Origin: a virus
Direction: 5' to 3' (one strand)
Virus record (IMG/VR): IMGVR_UViG_3300042894_007649
Span: 1 to 64,000 of that record
Length of the DNA stretch: 64,000 bases
Both the position numbers and the translations under genes were made by a program. The notes below the pieces were generated by a model that did not search any database, was not told the DNA's origin, and saw only the letters and a program-made list of their open reading frames with translations. Of the stretch, positions 1 through 9,428 are shown piece after piece (position 1 is the stretch's first letter; each line of letters starts with the position of its first letter).

Positions 1-171
1 ATCGAATGGCAGTTTGAAATAGCCAAGACAATTGGATTCTTTGGTCTTGGCTACTGGTCTTGGCAAGCTTATCACAATTGGCTTTTTACTTTGTTCTGCT
101 GTCTAATGGGTTCCGCAATTGTTTCGATAGCCTATAGGCTATCAGAAAGGAATGAAAATGTACGAGATTAG
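1..171 (+). CDS. 5'-truncated small membrane protein
   Basis: Frame 1 is open from the window edge to TAG at 169-171; hydrophobic (IGFFGLGYWSWQ..WLFTLFCCLMGSAIVSIAY). Confidence 0.5.
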   Translation: MEWQFEIAKTIGFFGLGYWSWQAYHNWLFTLFCCLMGSAIVSIAYRLSERNENVRD

Positions 172-376
172 CTTCTCAAATGGAGACAAACCAGCATTTT
201 ACACGAACTATGAAGAAGCATGTGGAGTTCTACAAGAAATTTACGGAGAAGACATCGTAATTGGTCACGATGGCGACCTAGAAAATGGAGGAGATAGAAC
301 ACTAGTCTGGGAAAATGAAAAAGATTCGGAAAATGACGATGGTAAGAATGCTATAGCATCTATAAGCAAAGTATAA
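152..376 (+). CDS. hypothetical acidic early protein
   Basis: ORF with AAGGA SD (start 152 or 158), followed by a terminator. Confidence 0.75.
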   Translation: MKMYEISFSNGDKPAFYTNYEEACGVLQEIYGEDIVIGHDGDLENGGDRTLVWENEKDSENDDGKNAIASISKV

Positions 377-391
377 TCTAATAAATTCTAT

Positions 392-434
392 AACGGGGCT
401 ATCTGATTAAATCATCAGATAGCCCCGTTTTTTT
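392..434 (+). terminator. intrinsic terminator
   Basis: AACGGGGCTATCTGAT-loop-ATCAGATAGCCCCGTT plus T-run. Confidence 0.85.
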
Positions 435-502
435 GTTATAACTTCGTTCGTGCTTCAACGATTAGAGGTTAGTGATCATTTAACCAACAGAAGGAGTCAG
501 AA

Positions 503-1048
503 ATGCTTGCAAATCAAGATGTGCGCCAGCGTGTCGATGCTGGTAAGAAACAAGAATGCCTGATAATTCAAGCCCTAAACAGGGCTGGAATGAATCTGTC
601 CAACCCAACCAACTCTGAAGACCTTCTTGAGAAGGTTGACGCTTGGGGCCAACATAATGGCCAAAGAATGGGCATCCAGATTAAATTCAGGGAAACAGGC
701 AAAGATTTGTTGTTTGAAGTCTTTGATACTTTCTTTGGTTTTAACAACCCAAAGAACAAGATAGGCAGAGATATGAAGGGAACTGCCTCCCACTACGCTG
801 TAAAGTTCGACAAAAACATAGTTCTTGTCGAAAAGAAACAGGCCGAAGAAGTAATTCAAGAAATGCTCGACGAGGCCCGATGCAATGGATGGTCTGAAAG
901 GAATCAATCTAGCCAGACCTTGTATTACGAGTCAAACAATCATGAGCTTCAACTTAAACTTCAAAACGACCCAGCAGACGGGCGTAAAAAGATTGTTGCC
1001 TACATTCCTAAAGAATTCTTCAGTAACTGCAAATCATATGCAGCATAA
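503..1048 (+). CDS. putative PD-(D/E)XK-fold nuclease-like protein
   Basis: AAGGAG SD; pattern G..QE.....EKVDAW.....GIQIKFR resembles the E/D/(Q)xK nuclease core. Confidence 0.5.
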   Translation: MLANQDVRQRVDAGKKQECLIIQALNRAGMNLSNPTNSEDLLEKVDAWGQHNGQRMGIQIKFRETGKDLLFEVFDTFFGFNNPKNKIGRDMKGTASHYAVKFDKNIVLVEKKQAEEVIQEMLDEARCNGWSERNQSSQTLYYESNNHELQLKLQNDPADGRKKIVAYIPKEFFSNCKSYAA

Positions 1049-1060
1049 GGAGTTATATCA

Positions 1061-1426
1061 ATGGAATTTGATAGTAATCAAGAGATAGCAAACGCATACG
1101 GATTGCCGTATATGTTTCAAGAAGCTGAAGACTATGTAATGGAGGAACCTGACGTTTCGCTTAAGCGGATCGTTGGGATGAATAAAGTGGTATCTAGGTG
1201 GATAGAACGCCATCGACGCATACCAAGCAGTAACCCTAATGCCCAACCAGAAGAAAGGAAGATGGGTATATGGTTAAAGGTACTGATGTTCTATTCAGAC
1301 GTTATGGTAGACCCAACAGATGAAAACAAGAAAGAACGGGAGGAAAACGAAACATGCCATAAGTCATGTCAATTCACTATAAGATCAGGGTGCTATCCAG
1401 ATTCAAAAGATGAAGAATTTAACTGA
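1061..1426 (+). CDS. hypothetical protein (helicase-associated-domain-like motif)
   Basis: AAGGAG SD; WIERHRRIPS...EERKMGIWL. Confidence 0.55.
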   Translation: MEFDSNQEIANAYGLPYMFQEAEDYVMEEPDVSLKRIVGMNKVVSRWIERHRRIPSSNPNAQPEERKMGIWLKVLMFYSDVMVDPTDENKKEREENETCHKSCQFTIRSGCYPDSKDEEFN

Positions 1427-1447
1427 GTCCCAACCAAGGAGAATAAG

Positions 1448-1672
1448 ATGAACAATCGTGATCGATACTATGAATTCGTTGTACGAAGGCCTTTTGGAAC
1501 AGTTGAGAATATATTCAAAAAGGATTCAACCTTCAAAGCAATTGTTCGACCTCTGGTTAAAGACCTGAAAGAATACTTCGCTATCCAGCCAGAAGGCGAA
1601 ACTGATTTCACAGTCATCCCTTGTGTCAATATCAAGTTCAAAGAAGAAGAAGCCGAAGTGAATGACATCTGA
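1448..1672 (+). CDS. hypothetical protein
   Basis: AAGGAG SD, operonic. Confidence 0.75.
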   Translation: MNNRDRYYEFVVRRPFGTVENIFKKDSTFKAIVRPLVKDLKEYFAIQPEGETDFTVIPCVNIKFKEEEAEVNDI

Positions 1673-1687
1673 TTAAAGGAGAATCAT

Positions 1688-1873
1688 ATGCCAAAGATAA
1701 CAGTTTGGTTCGACGATATATCGCAAGATAAAGGATTTATCGTCGATATAGTGGAAAAAGACAACTGCATTACACTAAACGTCTTCAATGACATGATCGA
1801 TGCCATAAATTGGGCAAAACAATATGCCAATAAACGTAATATAAAATTTGAAGACCTTACGCAGTCTTGGTAA
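1688..1873 (+). CDS. hypothetical protein
   Basis: AAGGAG SD, operonic. Confidence 0.7.
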   Translation: MPKITVWFDDISQDKGFIVDIVEKDNCITLNVFNDMIDAINWAKQYANKRNIKFEDLTQSW

Positions 1874-2024
1874 TTTGGTAAAGAATTATCAGAAAATACT
1901 TTGCCCTGATAATGCTTTTGAGAAAACCATGATCGTTGTAAGAAAATCAGTAGGAAAAACAGTATAATCAAGGATGTAGACGACAAGCATATTGTCGTCT
2001 ACATCCCCCAAAGGAATAAGTGTC

Positions 2025-2120
2025 ATGGAAAGATACTTCATAATGCTAATGATAGTCTTCACGTTTATCCTTTTTTTTAAGGATACGATGAAAGCATCTT
2101 CTTACCTGAATAACAATTAG
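2025..2120 (+). CDS. 31-aa hydrophobic peptide
   Basis: AAGGA SD; MERYFIMLMIVFTFILFFKD...; preceded by TATAAT and hairpin GATGTAGACGACAA/TTGTCGTCTACATC. Confidence 0.45.
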   Translation: MERYFIMLMIVFTFILFFKDTMKASSYLNNN

Positions 2121-2130
2121 GAGCAAAGCC

Positions 2131-2529
2131 ATGAGAAGCATGATGCTTTTGGCCTTGTTCACAACAGGTTGTGCGAGTTGCTGCAAGAGAGTGGAGATAA
2201 TTGAGGTTTATGTACCAGAAAGACTCCCACATATCATCAAGCAACTCCCAGATCCTGATCTGTATGATGAGCAGAACAAGCCATATCACTTTACTCCTCC
2301 CATCATCCTCGAACCATTCAGACCAACAATCCAATCTCCTGAACCATTGCCATTCAGGAATACAACACCAATCGAACCAGCACCAAGATCAACCATGAAC
2401 ACCGAACAGAAAGATCGGTTCACGGTTACATCAAAAAAGGTTGAGACTATTCTCAAAGTATGTCTCACAGAGAACGGACCTAACTACGGTCCACCAAATA
2501 TATATTGTGAAATAAACTGGAAGTGGTAA
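2131..2529 (+). CDS. putative Pro-rich lipoprotein
   Basis: AGGAG SD; MRSMMLLALFTTGC lipobox-like N-terminus; terminator at 2551-2584. Confidence 0.6.
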   Translation: MRSMMLLALFTTGCASCCKRVEIIEVYVPERLPHIIKQLPDPDLYDEQNKPYHFTPPIILEPFRPTIQSPEPLPFRNTTPIEPAPRSTMNTEQKDRFTVTSKKVETILKVCLTENGPNYGPPNIYCEINWKW

Positions 2530-2638
2530 TATAACACAATATAAAAACATAAAATATCCTGCCAATATGGCAGGATATTTTTTTACTTATAACTTCGTGC
2601 GCTTCCTAGCGATTAGTAATTGTACCAAGGAGGTTGAA

Positions 2639-2839
2639 ATGAATAACTTGAATGTGCGAATGAAGGCCCATGTGACATTCATTTGGAACAACAACGAAAC
2701 CCTAACCCTTGCTGCTGATGAAACAGCAAGGGATAAGGTCATGGAATTGAAAATAAAGATTGATGCTTGGGGACAACCAAGAATCATGACGGGTGTATCA
2801 TGCAGCGTCGAATCAAGAAACACTTCAAGAAACACTTAA
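2639..2839 (+). CDS. hypothetical protein
   Basis: Start reassigned to ATG 2639 after AGGAGG and the promoter at 2589. Confidence 0.7.
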   Translation: MNNLNVRMKAHVTFIWNNNETLTLAADETARDKVMELKIKIDAWGQPRIMTGVSCSVESRNTSRNT

Positions 2840-2850
2840 GGAGCAATTCA

Positions 2851-3099
2851 ATGCAACCAGTCATTTTTCTACAAGGCGACGAAGCATATGATATCATCGA
2901 TCTTGACGATAAAGATCGTGATATCATGATCAAAACCTTGATGGAGTACCTACCAGATGTACTACCAGAACCCGAAAATATAAAACCCGAAAACCTAAAC
3001 TATAGAATTGTCTTCACTCATAGTGAAGGTGATAGAAAGTATACAATTGGATACACGACAGGCGATGGTGGATGTGTTGGTGTCTATTTGGCAAAATAA
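2851..3099 (+). CDS. hypothetical protein
   Basis: Start reassigned to 2851 after AAGGAG. Confidence 0.7.
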   Translation: MQPVIFLQGDEAYDIIDLDDKDRDIMIKTLMEYLPDVLPEPENIKPENLNYRIVFTHSEGDRKYTIGYTTGDGGCVGVYLAK

Positions 3100-3173
3100 A
3101 TTGCCTATAACATCGTTCAGCCGTGAACGATAAGAAAGTGTAAGGGTTTTGATCCAACCAACAGGAGAGAAAG

Positions 3174-3440
3174 ATGCCTATATTCGTGACAATGACCGAC
3201 AAATTTATGTCGGGATGGGGTGAAGCGGAAGGAAAAATAAACAAGTACGTTATTGAGTGTTCTTGCCATCAAGAGGCCCAAATCTGCGCTAAAAACGCTC
3301 GCTTAAGAAGCGAGATGAAATATGTCAACATCGTTTCAAAGAAGCCTTACTACAATCAAGAAAGGTATCTGGTTTCACTTAAAAAGTTTTCAGAACTTGG
3401 TTCTATATGGACACAAGACCCAGACAACAAAGGAGATTGA
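3174..3440 (+). CDS. hypothetical phage protein
   Basis: AGGAG SD after promoter 3107; MTDKFMSGWG motif. Confidence 0.8.
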   Translation: MPIFVTMTDKFMSGWGEAEGKINKYVIECSCHQEAQICAKNARLRSEMKYVNIVSKKPYYNQERYLVSLKKFSELGSIWTQDPDNKGD

Positions 3441-3441
3441 T

Positions 3442-3615
3442 ATGAACCGCTCAGAATTCATACATATATCCGAAATAATAGATGCTTTAAATAAGCATAA
3501 AATTGTTTTAAAGTCAATACTGTACGATTTGGACTTTTCAGAAAAATATTATGATGCCTTAAGAAACGAAATGGATCGTATGATAGCGAGAAGAGAGTAC
3601 ACGATAGAAGATTGA
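3442..3615 (+). CDS. hypothetical protein
   Basis: Start reassigned to 3442 after AAGGAG. Confidence 0.65.
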   Translation: MNRSEFIHISEIIDALNKHKIVLKSILYDLDFSEKYYDALRNEMDRMIARREYTIED

Positions 3616-3639
3616 CAAACACCACTTAAGGAGATTGAT

Positions 3640-3945
3640 ATGAAAGAGTACTACGAGTTTGAAACTACGCCTTCTGAAGAACCTTGTCAGCAACTTGGTC
3701 CAAAGTACGACCAAGACCTAGCAAGAAAGGAAGCAAGGCGAACTATTGATCAGATCGTTCGCCAATTTGGTGAACCACCAGAAGGATCAAGGTTCAGCAT
3801 AACAAGCAGTCCACACGAATTCGGAAGCTACTATAGCATCCGATTCAAGTATGACGACAATAATGAAGAACACTATAAGTATCTAACCAATGTAGACGAA
3901 AACTGGCCCAAAGAATATGATAATCAAGAATGCTCAACAACGTAG
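3640..3945 (+). CDS. hypothetical protein, paralog of 4067..4399
   Basis: AAGGAG SD; shares TP.EEP..LGP.YD...A...ARRT.DQI.R..G.PPEGS with the next gene. Confidence 0.8.
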   Translation: MKEYYEFETTPSEEPCQQLGPKYDQDLARKEARRTIDQIVRQFGEPPEGSRFSITSSPHEFGSYYSIRFKYDDNNEEHYKYLTNVDENWPKEYDNQECSTT

Positions 3946-3952
3946 AGTATTC

Positions 3953-4009
3953 AAAAAGCCTCGTAGAATATTCCACAAGACATGTGGATTATTCTACGAG
4001 GCTTTTTTT
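3953..4009 (+). terminator. long hairpin terminator, duplicated at 4408-4463
   Basis: GCCTCGTAGAATATTCCACA-AGACA-TGTGGATTATTCTACGAGGC plus T-run; near-identical copy after the paralog. Confidence 0.8.
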
Positions 4010-4066
4010 ATCTTAACATATCATTATGCTAGTAGTAATTGTAATTAACCACAAGGAGTAATTAAG

Positions 4067-4399
4067 ATGATCTGGACACCATTCCATCTGGTTGAATCGT
4101 GTGACTTCGATATAACACCAAGAAAAGAACCTATACATGATAAACTTGGTCCAAATTATGACCTAAATGCTGCCATGGCAGATGCAAGACGCACACTCGA
4201 TCAAATCCTGAGAGTCTCCGGTCAACCTCCAGAAGGATCGCTCCTTCGTATCGATGAGACCCTTCGTATCGATGAGACATTGGAACCACATATTTTAATA
4301 TGTCTTACAATAAGATTTACATTTAACAAAGAATCAAAAGAACACTCAGATTATCTAGTCAAAATTTTTGATAACTTTCCTGAAAAATACGATTCATAG
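4067..4399 (+). CDS. hypothetical protein, paralog of 3640..3945
   Basis: AAGGAG SD; internal in-frame duplication LRIDET-LRIDET. Confidence 0.75.
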   Translation: MIWTPFHLVESCDFDITPRKEPIHDKLGPNYDLNAAMADARRTLDQILRVSGQPPEGSLLRIDETLRIDETLEPHILICLTIRFTFNKESKEHSDYLVKIFDNFPEKYDS

Positions 4400-4577
4400 T
4401 ATTCAACAAGCCTCGTAGAGTATTCCACAAGACATGTGGAGTATTCTACGAGGCTTTTTTTTTATAAACAGATATAACAATAATTAAGAAAACACACATG
4501 AATTGCCTATAACTTCGTACTGGACTCTACGATAAGAAAGTGTGGCGAGAACGATTGTTGTTTCAAGGAGTCTGAAA

Positions 4578-5033
4578 GTGAACATCATTTCTAAAGAGTT
4601 CGTTGTTGCTGGCAAGTCAACCTTCACGCTGGCACTGCCAGAAGCTTACGCAACAGAGAACGGCCTAAAGCCGCACTACACATTCAAAGTGCGGTTTAAA
4701 GAAGGCCAGAATGGATTCAATGACACGTTCTTCGTGTCACTGCTCACTGGCCCAGACAACAACAGCAGTTACACTTATCTGGGCATACTAAACCCAGATA
4801 ACGGGCAGATCAGGACTACTGCAAAGTCCTGCCTGAATGGCGAAAGCCTTCAGGTGAAACTAATCAACCGTGCTTTGAAACTGGTCTGGGAAAACAATAC
4901 CCAGCCCCTGATCGATAAGGGCTTCGCTCTCCACCATGAGGGCAAATGTGGTCGATGTGGAAGGAAGTTAACGGTTCCTCTCTCGATTGAGACTGGAATC
5001 GGGCCAGAGTGTGCCAGTAGAATGGCTGCGTGA
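4578..5033 (+). CDS. DUF6011-like zinc-finger protein
   Basis: GTG start after AAGGAG; C-terminal CGRCGRKLTVPLSIETGIGPECA; terminator at 5041-5078. Confidence 0.8.
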   Translation: MNIISKEFVVAGKSTFTLALPEAYATENGLKPHYTFKVRFKEGQNGFNDTFFVSLLTGPDNNSSYTYLGILNPDNGQIRTTAKSCLNGESLQVKLINRALKLVWENNTQPLIDKGFALHHEGKCGRCGRKLTVPLSIETGIGPECASRMAA

Positions 5034-5099
5034 TCAGCCAATCCCCCTTGCCAAACAAAGGCAAGGGGGATTTTTTTATGTCAAAATTAATTTGATATA

Positions 5100-5465
5100 C
5101 TAAGATACCTCTTCAACAACACCTGATAAATGAATTTCTTTTGGTACAGGTTTCCATACAACAAGTTTATTAGCCATGAATGGTTTACCTCCAGCTTTTC
5201 TGTTTACTGCGATTGTTATATGCTTTTTACTATTGACGCTTGGCACTTCTGTTTGCACACCAACTGCCATAACCTTGTCATCGACAGCAACAGAATTAAC
5301 AAACAAGTCAACTTCTTGGCCAAGATATTCTTGTGCAGGACCACTGCTTGATGAACCAATGTTTATTGTCATGTGATGACATATTAATTCCCAATCAGGT
5401 GGCAAAGGGAATTCATTTATCAATTGTGACCTGCTGTTCTCGTCCAACACAATCGCTGTATACAT
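5100..5465 (-). CDS. 2H phosphoesterase (RNA-repair type)
   Basis: Two HxT motifs: HHMTINIG and KHITIAVN. Confidence 0.75.
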   Translation of the reverse strand: MYTAIVLDENSRSQLINEFPLPPDWELICHHMTINIGSSSSGPAQEYLGQEVDLFVNSVAVDDKVMAVGVQTEVPSVNSKKHITIAVNRKAGGKPFMANKLVVWKPVPKEIHLSGVVEEVS

Positions 5466-5566
5466 TTTAAATAAACCTCAGTAATATATAAATAAAATTT
5501 AATTGCTAAACCAACAACCTTCATGATAGCATTGAACCAGCATAAGGCAAAACAGGAGAAAAACTC

Positions 5567-5716
5567 ATGTTCAAAGTTCTAGACTGCCAATATAATCGTG
5601 ATCACCATCCAAACATAGTTGGATATATACTAGAACTCAAAGAAATACCAATAGACTGCATAGTAATGTACAACTCAGGATACAAAAAACTCGTAGAATA
5701 CTCAACAAGCATGTAG
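5567..5716 (+). CDS. 49-aa hypothetical protein ending inside a tandem repeat
   Basis: AGGAG SD; MFKVLDCQYNRDHHPNIVG...YSTSM*. Confidence 0.5.
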   Translation: MFKVLDCQYNRDHHPNIVGYILELKEIPIDCIVMYNSGYKKLVEYSTSM

Positions 5717-5810
5717 AATACTCCACAAGACCGTAGAATACTCAACAAGCATGTAGAATACTCAACAAGCATGTAGAATACTCCACAAGACCGTAGAATA
5801 CTCCACAAGC
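5691..5810. repeat. 6 x 20-bp tandem repeat NNGTAGAATACTC(A/C)ACAAG(C/A)
   Basis: Six contiguous 20-mers directly visible; same motif as the arms of the 3953 and 4408 hairpins. Confidence 0.95.
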
Positions 5811-6056
5811 ATATATGATATTACACAAAAACATATGAAGCTAAACAAATATATCAAAATATAAAAGTCTATATCACAATATAATGTGTTGTTGAAGTAC
5901 AAGACTTCAATAATTTTTCAAGTCTTGTACTTTACGATTAACTCTTAAAGTCTTGTACTTTACGAACATCCTAATCCAGCATAGAATGATTTGCTTATAA
6001 CTTCGTTCGTCTTCGTGCGATTAGAAGGTGTACCTATAACCAACAGGAGTGTTAAC

Positions 6057-6350
6057 ATGCCATCCTTTGTGCGTGAGTATGACGAAGTGAAACTTGAAAA
6101 CAACCTTTACGGCGTGAAGGTTGAAGGCGAGTACTGGGTATCCAGTTTCGAGCGTCAGCAGGGCGACTATGAGTCGTCCTGCTTCGGAGAGGTAGACATT
6201 GAGGTAGAAGGCCAAATCGTTGAGATCATCGATCTCAACGACGAAGAACGCAAAATTGAGGGACAGGAATTCCTGTCCCTCACAGAAAAACTAAAACATC
6301 TAATTGATATCGAAGACGACCAAATCAACTGGGAAAAACTGGAAGGATGA
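6057..6350 (+). CDS. acidic hypothetical protein
   Basis: Start reassigned to 6057 after AGGAG and promoter 5997; terminator at 6360-6397. Confidence 0.75.
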   Translation: MPSFVREYDEVKLENNLYGVKVEGEYWVSSFERQQGDYESSCFGEVDIEVEGQIVEIIDLNDEERKIEGQEFLSLTEKLKHLIDIEDDQINWEKLEG

Positions 6351-6546
6351 TGTGAAACAAAAAGATAGCAGGACTAAACATCCTGCTATCTTTTTTTATT
6401 TTAAGGTTCTCATTATAGTACAAGACTTGAAGAATTCTTTTATTCCTCTGCTTCACAAATAACCTGCTTATAAATTACTTATAAGTTCGTTCATCCTTGT
6501 GCGATAGGCAAGTGTGGCAATTACTATTGACTGAAAGGTGAAAACC

Positions 6547-6972
6547 ATGAACGCAGCAAACGAAAATAGCATCATCGACTTATCCAAAAACAGCAGTATC
6601 CGAGAAAGAATCCGAGAACAAGAAGAAATAAACAGGAAAGACAATGAGAAGAGACGGCAAACGGAACGGATCATCGTCCGTGCCATTTTGACCAAAGCAA
6701 AGAGGGAGGGCTATGCCATAGCCCTCGATAACGGGGAGGAGATCATAAAGCTGTCTCCCCTAAAAACTGTGAAGGCAATGATTGAAGAATGCTTCAGCGT
6801 CGATGACGAAGCATTGCTGTTAGAAAAAGACGGCAAAAAAGGTTGGGTTCGACTTGTGTACGGAAACACAGGTTTTGATGTCATATGTGATTACTCACCG
6901 AGACTCGATGACTTCCTAGACACAATTCTAGAGAAGTCTCTGTATCACGAAAGGAAATACTTTAATGACTGA
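6547..6972 (+). CDS. hypothetical phage protein
   Basis: After promoter 6481; GWVRLVYGN.G.DVICDYS motif; start 6538 or 6547. Confidence 0.8.
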   Translation: MNAANENSIIDLSKNSSIRERIREQEEINRKDNEKRRQTERIIVRAILTKAKREGYAIALDNGEEIIKLSPLKTVKAMIEECFSVDDEALLLEKDGKKGWVRLVYGNTGFDVICDYSPRLDDFLDTILEKSLYHERKYFND

Positions 6973-7132
6973 TGTTAGACAGGAAGTAAAGTGGGAAGTA
7001 CAAGGTGTTATATTCTGGACAAGATATAACATCTTGATAGATTGGGATCAAGATACCGCTGAGACATTTCCAAAATGGCTCAGAAGCAATCTAGAGTCCA
7101 TTAACGTGGACTGCTCATATCTAGATGTGTGA
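6965..7132 (+). CDS. 55-aa ORF overlapping serial hairpins (CDS or structured RNA)
   Basis: AAGGA SD, overlaps the previous stop; followed by a 19-bp-stem terminator at 7141-7194. Confidence 0.45.
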   Translation: MTDVRQEVKWEVQGVIFWTRYNILIDWDQDTAETFPKWLRSNLESINVDCSYLDV

Positions 7133-7494
7133 ACAAACACATATTGATATAGCATACTATCTTCTGTGTAGTATGCTATATCAATATTTTTTTTGTTTTA
7201 TTTTTCTGTGTAGTACAAGACTTTAAAAATTCTTCAAGTCTTGTACTATAAAATAAATTTTAAAGTCTTGTACTATAAAAACAACTCTTCAAGTCTTGTA
7301 CTATAAGTACATCCTAAATAAGTAAAACAAAATAAAACTTATAACCTCGGTCGGCCTTGTGCGATAGGTAAGTGTAGGGAGGACGACCCTACACGACCGA
7401 AGTTCAAATAATTGCTTATAACTTCGGTCGGCCCTGTACGATAGGTAAGTGTAAGGGGGCGATTGATCCACCTTACTTCATTGGAGTCTGCGCC

Positions 7495-7695
7495 ATGTTG
7501 ACCAAGAAAACGATTCTTGTTTCCCTCACTGGTGGCCGCAAGGCCACCGTAAAAGCCCTTTCAAAGGGCGATCTTTGGGATGTGCTCCGTACCCACGGGT
7601 ACGAGCCACGGGAAATCAAGGGATATAAAGTTTTATCCCACGAAATTGTGGATTCGTGGACCAAGCCTTCGGCTTGGTTCCACATAGCAGAATAA
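7495..7695 (+). CDS. cassette ORF, hypothetical
   Basis: GGAG SD after promoter and hairpin; followed by terminator. Confidence 0.8.
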   Translation: MLTKKTILVSLTGGRKATVKALSKGDLWDVLRTHGYEPREIKGYKVLSHEIVDSWTKPSAWFHIAE

Positions 7696-7698
7696 AAC

Positions 7699-7908
7699 AA
7701 AAAGATAGCAGGACTAAACATCCTGCTATCTTTTTTTATTTTAAGGTTTTCATTATAGTACAAGACTTGAAGAATTCTTCAAGTCTTGTACTATAGGTAC
7801 ATCCTAAACAAGTAAAACAAAATAAAACTTATAGCTTCGGTCGTCCCTGTACGATAGGTAACTGTAGGGAGGACGATTGATCCCCCCTACTTCATTGGAG
7901 TTTGCGTT
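7699..7908 (+). repeat. ~210-bp intergenic module (terminator-palindrome-A-rich tract-promoter-hairpin-SD)
   Basis: Near-identical copies at ~8286-8490, 8726-8987 and 9250-9428; partial copies at 6360-6440, 7210-7494, 9757-9926 and 10067-10147. Confidence 0.95.
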
Positions 7909-8277
7909 ATGAAGACTGCCTTCCTTGCCAAGGACCTTCACAATCTCCCTGATATCCAGATGGCACTTTCTGATGCCCTGAAAAGTGGCCACGATGAGCT
8001 ATGGCTCACGGGCCACTTTCAGTGGCTCTTTGAGGACCACCCCAGCAGCCAGTGGGTCGGGCGATCTGGCCCAACTTTTAGTGTCAAATTTAATTTAGCC
8101 ACGAATTCGTGGCTAACTGGTGATGGTAAACGCATCATCAGGACCGCATCAGCTACCACTCAGGCGGTGGCTGAGTTGATCCAGATGTCTGCTATAAAAA
8201 ATGATAGCAGAATTGTCATACCCATCAGCTTCAGTGTTGGCGACACTGAAGATTATAGCGAAGGCGATGATGATTAA
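7909..8277 (+). CDS. cassette ORF, hypothetical
   Basis: Lies between two modules, with SD. Confidence 0.8.
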   Translation: MKTAFLAKDLHNLPDIQMALSDALKSGHDELWLTGHFQWLFEDHPSSQWVGRSGPTFSVKFNLATNSWLTGDGKRIIRTASATTQAVAELIQMSAIKNDSRIVIPISFSVGDTEDYSEGDDD

Positions 8278-8490
8278 ACATAAGAGATAGCAGGATGTAA
8301 CATCCTGCTATCTTTTTTTATTTTAAGGTTTTCATTATAGTACAAGACTTGAAGAATTCTTCAAGTCTTGTACTATAAGCACATCACAAACAAGTAAAAC
8401 AAAATAAAACTTATAGCTTCGGTCGGCCTTGTACGATAGGTAAGTGTAGGGGGGGCGAGTGATCCACCCTACTTAATTGGAGTTTGCGCT

Positions 8491-8718
8491 ATGGCAAATG
8501 TTAGTGCCCTCATCCGCATGGGGGCCGATAAGGCTCTCGTGTCATCCGTCATGGGACGTGAGTCCCGATGCGTGACGGGGTCAATTAAAGGGTCACCCGT
8601 GCGGGTGATCCTGCGTTTTGGTCAGGCCACACATATAATGGGCAGCGATGCCTGTTTATGTGATGCGGTCAAGGCCGCAATTGGCAACCCAAGAACGGAA
8701 ATCAGGCTAGTGGCCTGA
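8491..8718 (+). CDS. cassette ORF, hypothetical
   Basis: Lies between two modules, with SD; GC-rich relative to flanks. Confidence 0.8.
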   Translation: MANVSALIRMGADKALVSSVMGRESRCVTGSIKGSPVRVILRFGQATHIMGSDACLCDAVKAAIGNPRTEIRLVA

Positions 8719-8987
8719 TTCCCTTAGATAGCAGGATGTTACATCCTGCTATCTTTTTTTATTTTAAGGTTTTCATTATAGTACAAGACTTGAAGAATTA
8801 TTCAAGTCTTGTACTATACAAAAATTCTTCAAGTCTTGTACTATAAAAACAATTCTTCAAGTCTTGTACTATAGGTACATCCTAAATAAGTAAAACAAAA
8901 TAAAACTTATAACTTCGGTCGGCCCTGTACGATAGGTAAGTGTAAGGGGGACGAGTGATCCACCTTACAACACAGGAGGCTGCGACA

Positions 8988-9161
8988 ATGGCTGATTCAG
9001 ATTGGTCCGTGCGGGACGAAAAGTCACTCCAACTGGAGGCTAAGGCCCTCCTGCTAGAGCAGGAGGCCCTCTGGAAGTACGGGGGAAACCCCAAAAACTT
9101 CCCGCAGGACGTGCGGGAAGCCATCAACGCAGCATGGGCTGCGTACGAGGCCTCCCTGTAA
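8988..9161 (+). CDS. cassette ORF, hypothetical
   Basis: Start reassigned to 8988 after AGGAGG. Confidence 0.75.
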   Translation: MADSDWSVRDEKSLQLEAKALLLEQEALWKYGGNPKNFPQDVREAINAAWAAYEASL

Positions 9162-9428
9162 ATTGTGATAGAGTGAGATAGAGGGAGATATCTCCCTCTA
9201 TCTTCTTTTTAACTTTGATATCACAAGATATTTAAATATATCTTGTGATATCTTTTTTTATTTTAAGGTTCTTATTATAGTACAAGACTTGAAAAATTCT
9301 TCAAGTCTTGTACTATAAGCACATCCTAAATAAGTAAAACAAAATAAAACTTATAGCTTCGGTCGGCCTTGTACGATAGGTAAGTGTAGGGGGGACGAGT
9401 GATCCCTCCACTTAACAGGAGATGCGAC

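Noticed and set aside
4509-4540. ATAACTTCG(TA) matches the start of a loxP arm
   Set aside because: No inverted second arm (CGAAGTTAT) at loxP spacing. The invariant N11-CGATA geometry and the position before SDs fit a promoter better.
7754-7795. Protelomerase (telRL-like) target
   Set aside because: It occurs in many copies with variable centres and tandem half-sites, and no protelomerase is visible. A single conserved site would be expected.
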